Shown: positions 26,146 through 34,530 of the stretch, piece by piece
How positions within the stretch are numbered: position 1 is the first letter of the stretch
Layout of the letters: each line of letters begins with the position of its first letter
DNA from: Fidelibacterota bacterium
GTDB taxonomy: Bacteria; Fidelibacterota; Marinisomatia; Marinisomatales; TCS55
Assembly: GCA_027251445.1 (NCBI GenBank)
Contig: JAPNQO010000113.1
Coordinates: 1 to 47,270 of the forward strand
Length of the DNA stretch: 47,270 bases
Direction: 5' to 3'
Made by a program: the position numbers and the translations under genes
The notes under the pieces: generated by a model
What the model saw: only the letters and a program-made list of their open reading frames with translations
What the model was told of the DNA's origin: nothing
Databases searched by the model: none

Positions 26146-29100
26146 GTTCGTTCACTTACATAATCATTCTGATTATAGTTTGCTAGATGGCGCCCAAACA
26201 GTGCAGACTTTAGTAAACACTATAGATGATTTAAAAATGGATGCGGTGGCGCTAACAGAGCATGGTAATATGTTTAGCGCAGTAAACTTTTATAATAATG
26301 CGAATAAAACTGGAATTAAGCCAATTGTTGGTAGCGAAGTATATGTAGCAGTTGATAGTAGGTTTAATAAAAAACCTAGGGCAGAAGGGGGTTGGGGGAA
26401 TAACCATCTTATTTTACTTGCCCAAAATTATACCGGGTATAAAAACTTAATGAAATTGATATCTTTAGGTTATCTAGAAGGTTTTTATTACAGACCAAGA
26501 ATTGACAAAGATATTTTAAGAGAATTTAGCGATGGTTTAATTTGTTTATCTGGCTGTTTAAAAGGAGAGGTTCCTGAAAAATTGGTTAATGGTGATTGGG
26601 AAGGAGCTAAACAATCAGCATTAGAATTTGCGGAGATTTTCCCTGATAGATATTTCTTAGAGGTTCAAAATCATGGAATTGAACATGAAAAAGTTAATGT
26701 TGAGCAAATGCAAAAACTTGCTAAAGAACTAGACTTGCCTCTAGTTGCTACCAATGATGCTCATTATGCTAAACATGATCATTGGGAAGCCCATGATATA
26801 CACATTTGTTTAGGTACTGGAAAAGAAAGAAGTGATACAAATAGACTACGTTATGCAACGCCAGAGTTCTATTTTAAATCACAAGATGAAATGCACAAGC
26901 TTTTTAAAGGAGTTCCACAGGCAATAGAAAATACTAGATTAATTTCTGATAGTATTGACCTTTCGATACCAACTGGAGAATATCATTTGCCAAATTTTCC
27001 GTTACCACCTGATAAAAAATTTACTGATCCAAATAAATATTTAAAGACTTTGTGTGATAAAGGAATTGAGGAAAGATATTCTGAGAAAACCCCTGAGATT
27101 AAGAAACGAATCGATCAAGAACTTAAGGTAATTAGAAAAATGGGATTTTCAGGATATTTCCTTATCACACAAGACTTTGTTAGATATGCTCATGATAATA
27201 ATATACCTGTTGGCCCTGGCAGAGGCTCTGCTGCGGGGAGTATCGTATCATATGCTCTAGGTATAACTGATATTGACCCTATAAAACATAATTTAATTTT
27301 TGAAAGATTCTTGAACGAAGATCGTATAAGCATGCCAGATATTGATATTGATTTTTGCATAGAAAGAAGGGGTGAGGTAATCGATTATATTAAAAATCAA
27401 TATGGAGAAAATTCAGTCACACAGATAATAACTTTTGGTAAGATGAAAGCAAAGCAAGTTGTTCGTGATGTGGGTAGGGTTATGGGTTATTCATTTGGTG
27501 ATGTTGATCGTGTGGCTAAAGCCATACCAAATGAATTAAACATTACTTTAAATAAAGCATTAACAAAAAGTACCGATTTGCAAACAATGGCGAATGGTGA
27601 ATACAAAGAATTAATAGATTTTTCAAAAGTTTTAGAAGGCATGAATAGGCACGCGTCTACGCATGCAGCTGGCGTTGTTGTTACCCCAGGTGAGTTAACT
27701 GACTATATGCCTTTGTATAAATCAAGCCAAGGTGATGTAACTAGTCAGTATGATATGAAAAATTTAGAAGATCTTGGTTTATTAAAAATGGATTTTCTTG
27801 GACTTAGGAATCTCACTGTAATTAATCATACAATTAATATGTTAAATGAAAAAAATATATCCGTTGATATTGGAAACCTACCAATGGATGATTCAAAAGT
27901 ATATAAATTATTTTCTAAAGGGTTAACAATAGGCGTATTCCAGTTCGAATCTGCAGGAATGAGAGAATTTTTAAAAAAACTTAAGCCTACTCAATTCGAA
28001 GATTTAATTGCAATGAATGCTTTGTATCGACCAGGCCCAATGCAAAATATTGATAAATTTATCAAACGTAAATCAACAAAGAAAAAGATAGAATATATTT
28101 CTCCATTATTAAAGCCCATCTTAGATGAAACCTATGGAATTATTGTTTATCAAGAACAAGTAATGCAAATAGCAAATGAGATAGCAAGCTTTACGCTAGC
28201 ACAAGCTGATATTTTAAGAAGAGCAATTGGTAAAAAAGATAATGATCTTATGGAGGCATTAAAGGTTAAGTTTATTGATGGCGCTTCACACAATGGAATC
28301 CCTAAAAAAAATGCCACTGATATATATAATTTAATTGAAAAGTTTGCACAGTATGGTTTTAATAAAAGTCATTCTACTGCTTATTCTTATATAGCTTATC
28401 AAACGGCTTGGCTAAAAGCTTACCATCCAGCAGAGTTTATGTCTGCTAATTTAACAAGTGAAATGAATAATATAGACAGAGTCGTCATTTTAATTAATGA
28501 ATGCAGAAAAATGGGTATTACTATTTCTCCACCAGATATAAATATTTCCAATATACATTTTCACCCAGTGGATAATAAAACAATATCATTTGGTTTAAAC
28601 GCAATCAAAAATGTAGGCATTAAGGCATTAGAACAAATTATTTTATCAAGGGAGGATGGGGGCCCTTTCACGTCATTGTTTGATTTCACAAGCAGAGTAG
28701 ATTTACATGCTGTGAATAAAAAAGTGGTAGAAAGTTTAATTTTATCTGGAGCTATGGATCATGTAGAAGGATCTAGGGCTGAAAAGTTTTCAACTATTGA
28801 TATAGCTATGCGTTATGGGCAAAATTTGCAATCAGAAAAAAATAAGAATCAAGTAGACTTGTTTGGAGGTTCATCAGCAGATGCAAATATTTCAATGATG
28901 CCTAAATTACAAGTAGTCAGGCCCTGGTCGGAAAAAGAGTCTCTTAGTAAAGAAAAAGAAGTGTTAGGCCTTTATTTGACTGGCCATCCGCTATTAGAAT
29001 TTGCAGATGATCTTGAAGATTTCAGCAATCATGATTTTTCAGAAAAAATTAATACAACTAATTCAAAAAAGATTCGCATTGGAGGGTCAATACAAAATTT

Positions 29101-29566
29101 TAAAATTCATTATGATAAAAAAAATAATCAAATGGCTTTTTTTACATTAGAATGTTTAGGCGGGCGAGCCGAAATATTGGTTTTTAGTTCAACTTATGCT
29201 AAATATAAAGAATTTATTTTTGAAGATAGTATTGTTTTTATAAATGGGAAGCCAACAGACAATCATGATTTTACAGATTTAAAGCTAGTTGCAGAAGAAA
29301 TTGTTCCTCTTGAAAAAGTACGAGATTATTATGCAAAAAAGGTTAATGTCTTTTTGGATTTTATTAATATTGATGCTACAAAAATTGAAGCGTTGCATTC
29401 TTTATCCAAATTATACCCGGGCAAGTGCAATTTAATGTTTCATTACAATGATGAAAATAATAGAAAAAAGAGAATTTTATCACACAACATACAAGTATCC
29501 TCAAGTCGAGAATTTTTAACAAAGCTGAGAGATGAGTTTGGTAAAAATAATATTTGGGTAGAATAA
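26135..29566 (+). CDS. dnaE: DNA polymerase III subunit alpha
   Basis: FVHLHNHSDYSLLDG (PHP domain), GRGSAAGS, MPDIDIDF, KMDFLGL, YGFNKSH; ATG at 26135. Confidence 0.99.
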   Translation: MSAEFVHLHNHSDYSLLDGAQTVQTLVNTIDDLKMDAVALTEHGNMFSAVNFYNNANKTGIKPIVGSEVYVAVDSRFNKKPRAEGGWGNNHLILLAQNYTGYKNLMKLISLGYLEGFYYRPRIDKDILREFSDGLICLSGCLKGEVPEKLVNGDWEGAKQSALEFAEIFPDRYFLEVQNHGIEHEKVNVEQMQKLAKELDLPLVATNDAHYAKHDHWEAHDIHICLGTGKERSDTNRLRYATPEFYFKSQDEMHKLFKGVPQAIENTRLISDSIDLSIPTGEYHLPNFPLPPDKKFTDPNKYLKTLCDKGIEERYSEKTPEIKKRIDQELKVIRKMGFSGYFLITQDFVRYAHDNNIPVGPGRGSAAGSIVSYALGITDIDPIKHNLIFERFLNEDRISMPDIDIDFCIERRGEVIDYIKNQYGENSVTQIITFGKMKAKQVVRDVGRVMGYSFGDVDRVAKAIPNELNITLNKALTKSTDLQTMANGEYKELIDFSKVLEGMNRHASTHAAGVVVTPGELTDYMPLYKSSQGDVTSQYDMKNLEDLGLLKMDFLGLRNLTVINHTINMLNEKNISVDIGNLPMDDSKVYKLFSKGLTIGVFQFESAGMREFLKKLKPTQFEDLIAMNALYRPGPMQNIDKFIKRKSTKKKIEYISPLLKPILDETYGIIVYQEQVMQIANEIASFTLAQADILRRAIGKKDNDLMEALKVKFIDGASHNGIPKKNATDIYNLIEKFAQYGFNKSHSTAYSYIAYQTAWLKAYHPAEFMSANLTSEMNNIDRVVILINECRKMGITISPPDINISNIHFHPVDNKTISFGLNAIKNVGIKALEQIILSREDGGPFTSLFDFTSRVDLHAVNKKVVESLILSGAMDHVEGSRAEKFSTIDIAMRYGQNLQSEKNKNQVDLFGGSSADANISMMPKLQVVRPWSEKESLSKEKEVLGLYLTGHPLLEFADDLEDFSNHDFSEKINTTNSKKIRIGGSIQNFKIHYDKKNNQMAFFTLECLGGRAEILVFSSTYAKYKEFIFEDSIVFINGKPTDNHDFTDLKLVAEEIVPLEKVRDYYAKKVNVFLDFINIDATKIEALHSLSKLYPGKCNLMFHYNDENNRKKRILSHNIQVSSSREFLTKLRDEFGKNNIWVE

Positions 29567-29575
29567 TATATTTAT

Positions 29576-30022
29576 ATGATTGCAGTTATACAGCGAGTAT
29601 TAGATGCAAAGGTTCAAATAAATAATTCAGAAGAAAGAAGTATAACAAATGGGTTGGTGATACTTCTTGGCGTACATAAGGATGATGTTGAAAAAGATGT
29701 CACTTATCTAGCAGACAAGATCATTGGTTTAAGAATATTTAATGATCAAAATAATAAAATGAACCATTCATTATTAGATATCAATGGCTCAGTTTTGATA
29801 ATCAGTCAGTTTACTCTTTGTGGAGACATACGTAAAGGTCGTAGACCAAACTTCTTAAGCGCGGCAAACCCCTCAAAAGGAAGATCCATGTATAACAATT
29901 TTATACAAAGGTTTAAACAAAAAGATCTTAATGTTGTAAATGGAGAGTTTGGAGCCCATATGGATGTAAGCCTTGTTAATAATGGCCCAGTAACATTTGT
30001 TATTGATACAAATGATGTTTAA
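29576..30022 (+). CDS. dtd: D-aminoacyl-tRNA deacylase
   Basis: AVIQRV, SQFTL, GRRP, FGAHM, NNGPVT. Confidence 0.97.
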   Translation: MIAVIQRVLDAKVQINNSEERSITNGLVILLGVHKDDVEKDVTYLADKIIGLRIFNDQNNKMNHSLLDINGSVLIISQFTLCGDIRKGRRPNFLSAANPSKGRSMYNNFIQRFKQKDLNVVNGEFGAHMDVSLVNNGPVTFVIDTNDV

Positions 30023-30054
30023 TATATTAAAATATCAAAAACTATTAATAGAAT

Positions 30055-30459
30055 ATGGATAGAAAAATACGAATTGTTATGGCAAAACCTGGCCTTGATG
30101 GTCATGATAGAGGAATAAAAGTTTTAGCTAGTGCTTACAGAGATGCAGGTATGGAAGTAATATATTTAGGACTTCGCCAAACCCCTGAAATGATAGTATC
30201 AGCAGCTATGCAAGAAGATGCAGATGTTATAGCATTATCAGTGCTTTCGGGTGCCCATATGACTGTATTCCCAAAAGTTATGGATCTAATGAAAGAAAAT
30301 AGAATAAATGATGTTTTGCTAACTGGTGGTGGAATAATTTCCGATAAAGATAAAGATTCTTTAACTAAAATTGGAGTAGGGCAATTATTTGGGCCTGGAA
30401 CTCCTGTACAAGACACAGTAGATTATATAATTGATTGGGTTAAGAGCAATAGGCGTTAA
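30055..30459 (+). CDS. Stand-alone cobalamin-binding subunit of an acyl-CoA mutase (methylmalonyl-CoA mutase C-terminal-like)
   Basis: [11 protein letters not shown] (DxHxxG), SVLSGAH, GGGII, FGPGT. Confidence 0.92.
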   Translation: MDRKIRIVMAKPGLDGHDRGIKVLASAYRDAGMEVIYLGLRQTPEMIVSAAMQEDADVIALSVLSGAHMTVFPKVMDLMKENRINDVLLTGGGIISDKDKDSLTKIGVGQLFGPGTPVQDTVDYIIDWVKSNRR

Positions 30460-30461
30460 TA

Positions 30462-31139
30462 ATGAACTTAAATAATCAAGCAGAATTAGAAGTATATTTT
30501 GCAGATAACTTCGATACAGTTTTATTTCCTATCCTCGCAGATATGTATCTTCAAAAAGGAGATTTAACTAGAGCTCGTAAAGTTTGTGAAATAGGGCTAG
30601 GATATCATCCAGATCATGTCGACGGAAAATTCATTCTTTCTATGGTAGAATTAGAAATAGGGAATGAACGTGAAGCAGAAAAGTTATTAAAGGATGTAGT
30701 TTTATCTGGAACAGATCATCTTCAAGCAGCTTTTCAACTTGCGGTTGTACAGCAATCCTTAGGAAGAGCAGAGTCAACCTTGCAAAAGAGTTGGAATAAA
30801 GTAATTGATCTAGACCCTGAAAATAGAGAGGCGAAATCAATACTTTCCATTATTGAAAAAGGTGAAAAACCACGACAGAGAATAAAGACTAATAAGACTA
30901 AAAAAAGAAAAAACTCCTCCAAGAGCAATAAAGCATCATCGAAAAAAACAGATGGTCCCCAATTAGCCATAAGTCCAAGAATTGCTACTTTTACAATGGT
31001 AAATGTATTAAAAAATCAAAATTTGTTTTATCAAGCATTAGATGTATTAGATATACTTGTTACTAAGGGTGCTGATCCAGAAAGAATTGAAGCAGAAAGA
31101 GATGTAATTAAGGATCTCATTAAAGAAGAAAATAATTAA
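30462..31139 (+). CDS. Tetratricopeptide repeat protein
   Basis: TPR-like helices (LADMY...A...CEIGL; IDLDPENREA), Lys-rich linker, C-terminal ATFTM...Q...AL helix. Confidence 0.7.
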   Translation: MNLNNQAELEVYFADNFDTVLFPILADMYLQKGDLTRARKVCEIGLGYHPDHVDGKFILSMVELEIGNEREAEKLLKDVVLSGTDHLQAAFQLAVVQQSLGRAESTLQKSWNKVIDLDPENREAKSILSIIEKGEKPRQRIKTNKTKKRKNSSKSNKASSKKTDGPQLAISPRIATFTMVNVLKNQNLFYQALDVLDILVTKGADPERIEAERDVIKDLIKEENN

Positions 31140-32224
31140 TGATGACCAGAGATATATTTTTATTGCGTGTTGATAAACTTCGTCAATCACTTTCTAGCCA
31201 AGGGCTAGATGGAATTTTTATTACCAACTTAACAAGTGTTAGATATATATCGGGCTTTACTGGGTCTGCTGGATCTTGTTTGATAACTGAAGATGAGTCA
31301 TATTTTATTTCTGATGGTAGATATGATATCCAATCAAAAAAACAGGTTGGCAATATGATTAGATTTATTGATTTTGGTAACCACATATCTATTATTGCAA
31401 AAAACAATCTTCTGAAAGATGGTTTAAATCTAGCTTTTGAAGGAGATCATACAAGCTATAGTCAGTTCAAATCAATTTCCGAAAGCTTTCCAAAAATTAA
31501 CTGGGAATCCACATCAATGCTTATGGAAAACTTACAAGCTGTAAAGGATGAATCTGAATTAAATGCTATCCGTGCTGCAGTAGAAATAACTGATGTTATT
31601 TATGAAGAAATATTACCTATGTTGAGACCGGGGACTACAGAAAAAGAAGTAGCAAATCAATTGGTTTTGCGATATAGACAAGAGAGCGATGGCGAAGCGT
31701 ATAACCCTATTGTTGCGGGTGGTGAAAATGGTGCTTTACCTCATGCTGTGCCTAGCGATAGACCTTTTCAAAATGGAGACTTCATTGTTATAGATGCGGC
31801 AGCAAAATATGCAGGATACCATGCAGATATGACTAGAACTCCATTAATTGGCAAGCCAACTGATAAACATTCTGAAATTTATGCTATTGTAAAAGGGTCC
31901 CAGCAGGCTGGGTGTGATGCAGCTAAAGCAGGTATGAGTTGCAAAGAAATGGATACGGTCACAAGGGATTTTATTACAGAAAGAGGATATGGTGAATTTT
32001 ATAATCATGGTACAGGACATGGCCTTGGCCTCGAAATACACACTGAACCAAGAATGAGCCAATTAAGTACCCAAACACTAAGTGAAAATAATGTTGTCAC
32101 AATAGAGCCGGGTATTTATTTGCCAGGATGGGGCGGTGTTCGTATTGAAGATGATGTTATCATAAAGAATGATGGATGTGAAATAATGAATAAAACCAGT
32201 AAAGAGCTGGTTTCTTTAAATTAA
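31139..32224 (+). CDS. Xaa-Pro peptidase (M24B family)
   Basis: YISGFTGS, DGRY, ALPH, YHADMTRT, HGTGHGLGLEIHTEP, TIEPGIY, GVRIEDD. Confidence 0.95.
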   Translation: MMTRDIFLLRVDKLRQSLSSQGLDGIFITNLTSVRYISGFTGSAGSCLITEDESYFISDGRYDIQSKKQVGNMIRFIDFGNHISIIAKNNLLKDGLNLAFEGDHTSYSQFKSISESFPKINWESTSMLMENLQAVKDESELNAIRAAVEITDVIYEEILPMLRPGTTEKEVANQLVLRYRQESDGEAYNPIVAGGENGALPHAVPSDRPFQNGDFIVIDAAAKYAGYHADMTRTPLIGKPTDKHSEIYAIVKGSQQAGCDAAKAGMSCKEMDTVTRDFITERGYGEFYNHGTGHGLGLEIHTEPRMSQLSTQTLSENNVVTIEPGIYLPGWGGVRIEDDVIIKNDGCEIMNKTSKELVSLN

Positions 32225-32230
32225 TTCTTT

Positions 32231-32962
32231 TTGCAAATAGATATTTATTCAGATCCACGGTTGTACGATGCGGCTCATGTGTGGAAAACTAACGATATAG
32301 AGTTTATAACTAACTATGCTACGCAGCAGCGTGGTTTAGTATTGGAAATGGCTTCAGGCACTGGCCGTTTATCAGTCCCTTTAATTAATAAAGGACTAAA
32401 TTATACTGGTGTTGAGTTAAGTAAGCCATTTGTAGAGTATACAAGAAAAAAACTCAAAGCATACAATACTAATCATAGTATTATTCAAGGTGATATGAAG
32501 AATATTAGCTTAGATAAAAAATACAATTTTATATTTATAGCTTTTAATTCGATATGCCACTTATTGACAAATAAAGATTTATTAAAGTTTTTCAAATGCG
32601 TACATAATCATTTAATGGATGATGGACTTTTTCTTATTGATACTTTTGTCCCTAATCCCATATTTCTATATAGGCCAAAGATAAAAACCTTTGTGATGGA
32701 ATTTGTTCTTCCAAATGGAGAACATTGTATGGTAAATGAAATAAATCAATATAACCCTAGTACTCAAATAAATCATATAAAGTGGTTATTTGAGTCATCA
32801 ACTGTAGATGAGTTTTTATTTGATATGCACATGATATATCCTGACACTATGGATAGATTATTAACTGATTCAGGGTTTATAATCAAAAAAAAATTTGGTG
32901 ATTATGAGAAATCTCCATTTAGTAGTGAAAGCCATTTGCAAATTTATTTATGTACTAAATGA
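32231..32962 (+). CDS. Class I SAM-dependent methyltransferase
   Basis: VLEMASGTGR, GVELS, QGDM, HL..DGLFLID. Confidence 0.88.
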   Translation: MQIDIYSDPRLYDAAHVWKTNDIEFITNYATQQRGLVLEMASGTGRLSVPLINKGLNYTGVELSKPFVEYTRKKLKAYNTNHSIIQGDMKNISLDKKYNFIFIAFNSICHLLTNKDLLKFFKCVHNHLMDDGLFLIDTFVPNPIFLYRPKIKTFVMEFVLPNGEHCMVNEINQYNPSTQINHIKWLFESSTVDEFLFDMHMIYPDTMDRLLTDSGFIIKKKFGDYEKSPFSSESHLQIYLCTK

Positions 32963-33567
32963 ATATTGATGCCGGATTGATTCATTTATCATCGGTTGAC
33001 CCCAAGATGGAGAAACTGATAAATAAATTTGAAAAACCAAATTTTGTTAAAGAAAATAATTATTTTGAATCAATAGTTCGTTCAATTATATATCAACAAT
33101 TAAGTACAAAATCTGCTTCAAAGATTTATGGCCGTTTTAATAAATTGTTTGAAAATGGAAGCTTAAATCCAGAAAGTGTAATAGAGCAATCAAATGATAC
33201 TTATCGAAGCATAGGGCTTTCAAGGCAAAAGATTTCTTATATTTTTAATGTAGCTGATGCATATACTAATGGTATGATTCCACAAAATATTGATAAATAT
33301 GGCGATGAAGATATAATTAATACTTTAATACAAATTAAAGGGATTGGAAAATGGACTGCTCAAATGTTTCTTATGTTTACATTAAATCGTCCAGATATAT
33401 TACCAGAATTAGATTTGGGGATACAAAAAGGTTTTAAAGCTTATTTTAAATTAAAAGAAATTCCATCAGAAGATTATATGAAAACAAAAGCTAAGATATG
33501 GAGGCCATACCGTACATTAGCATGCTGGTACTTATGGCGCTTGGTTGAAGGTCCCTTTGAGTGGTAA
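32959..33567 (+). CDS. alkA: DNA-3-methyladenine glycosylase II (AlkA-like, HhH-GPD)
   Basis: SIIYQQLS, GLSRQK, IKGIGKWTAQMFL, P..DLG, WRPYRT. Confidence 0.9.
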   Translation: MNIDAGLIHLSSVDPKMEKLINKFEKPNFVKENNYFESIVRSIIYQQLSTKSASKIYGRFNKLFENGSLNPESVIEQSNDTYRSIGLSRQKISYIFNVADAYTNGMIPQNIDKYGDEDIINTLIQIKGIGKWTAQMFLMFTLNRPDILPELDLGIQKGFKAYFKLKEIPSEDYMKTKAKIWRPYRTLACWYLWRLVEGPFEW

Positions 33568-33636
33568 TACATTTTTTTAGAATTATTACAAATGGCGTAT
33601 TAATATCTTAGATTTGTATATAGAGATAAACTTCCT

Positions 33637-34530
33637 ATGAAAAAATATATTCATCAAAAATACATCTATCTAATTATTTTAATTGCATTTGCATGTCAAA
33701 AAGAAGGATTGCCAATTGACAAGCGTTGGCAATTTGTTAGCGGGAAAAGAGAGCTTTCTATAAGCGGAATCTCACCCACAACAAATAAAGATGTATTTTT
33801 AGTAGTACATGATAATAAAAAACAAGGGCAACTACGTGTAGGGTTGATCGATTTTTCTGCTGATTCCCTATATAAAGGATTAGATTGGCCAACCCAAAAT
33901 TTGCCTATTGATCTTGAGGCCCTAGCAGATATCCCCGGATTTGAAGACCGGTATGTTGCAATGGGAAGTTGGGGTTTTTGTTATCTCATACAATTAGATC
34001 TTAAATCAAAAACTATAGATTTAATTAATGAATTTAGAATTCCCGATAGTGGCCCTCCATTAAACCTTGAGAGTGTGTTAATATTTCAAGAAAGTAATAA
34101 ATGGTATATAGCGTGGGCACATAGAGGCTCAGATAAAGAAGATTCAATTTTATTTTGGGGTTCAATAAGCTTATTTGATGATAATATATCAATAATAGTT
34201 GAAGATAGCGTTTTAATAAATGTTCCTTGGCCGGTTAATTCAAAAAGGCATATGTCTGATATGGATATTGATGATAATAAGATATTATGGTCCTCTGCAA
34301 CATCTGACCCGGGTGACGAAGGCCCATATGCATCTGCGATATATAAAATAGGTTCATTTCAAATTGAAAATGATGAAATGAAGTTTATTCTTGCCACACC
34401 ACACCTTAAGCAATTTGTATTTGAATCAAATAAAGTAGAAGCAATGACTATAATTAAAAATAAAATGGTCTTTGCAACGGATGATGAAAATCTAGGTGCT
34501 GCAATTAATATGTCTGTAGATGGATATTAA
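33637..34530 (+). CDS. Hypothetical lipoprotein, possibly a beta-propeller
   Basis: Lipobox-like IAFAC; SISG, VVHDNK, DLEAL, NLES, KVEAM, TDDENLG pattern. Confidence 0.55.
   Translation: MKKYIHQKYIYLIILIAFACQKEGLPIDKRWQFVSGKRELSISGISPTTNKDVFLVVHDNKKQGQLRVGLIDFSADSLYKGLDWPTQNLPIDLEALADIPGFEDRYVAMGSWGFCYLIQLDLKSKTIDLINEFRIPDSGPPLNLESVLIFQESNKWYIAWAHRGSDKEDSILFWGSISLFDDNISIIVEDSVLINVPWPVNSKRHMSDMDIDDNKILWSSATSDPGDEGPYASAIYKIGSFQIENDEMKFILATPHLKQFVFESNKVEAMTIIKNKMVFATDDENLGAAINMSVDGY

Noticed and set aside
26135..29566. Intein or frameshift in dnaE
   Set aside because: The length (~1143 aa) and motif order are normal and the frame is continuous.
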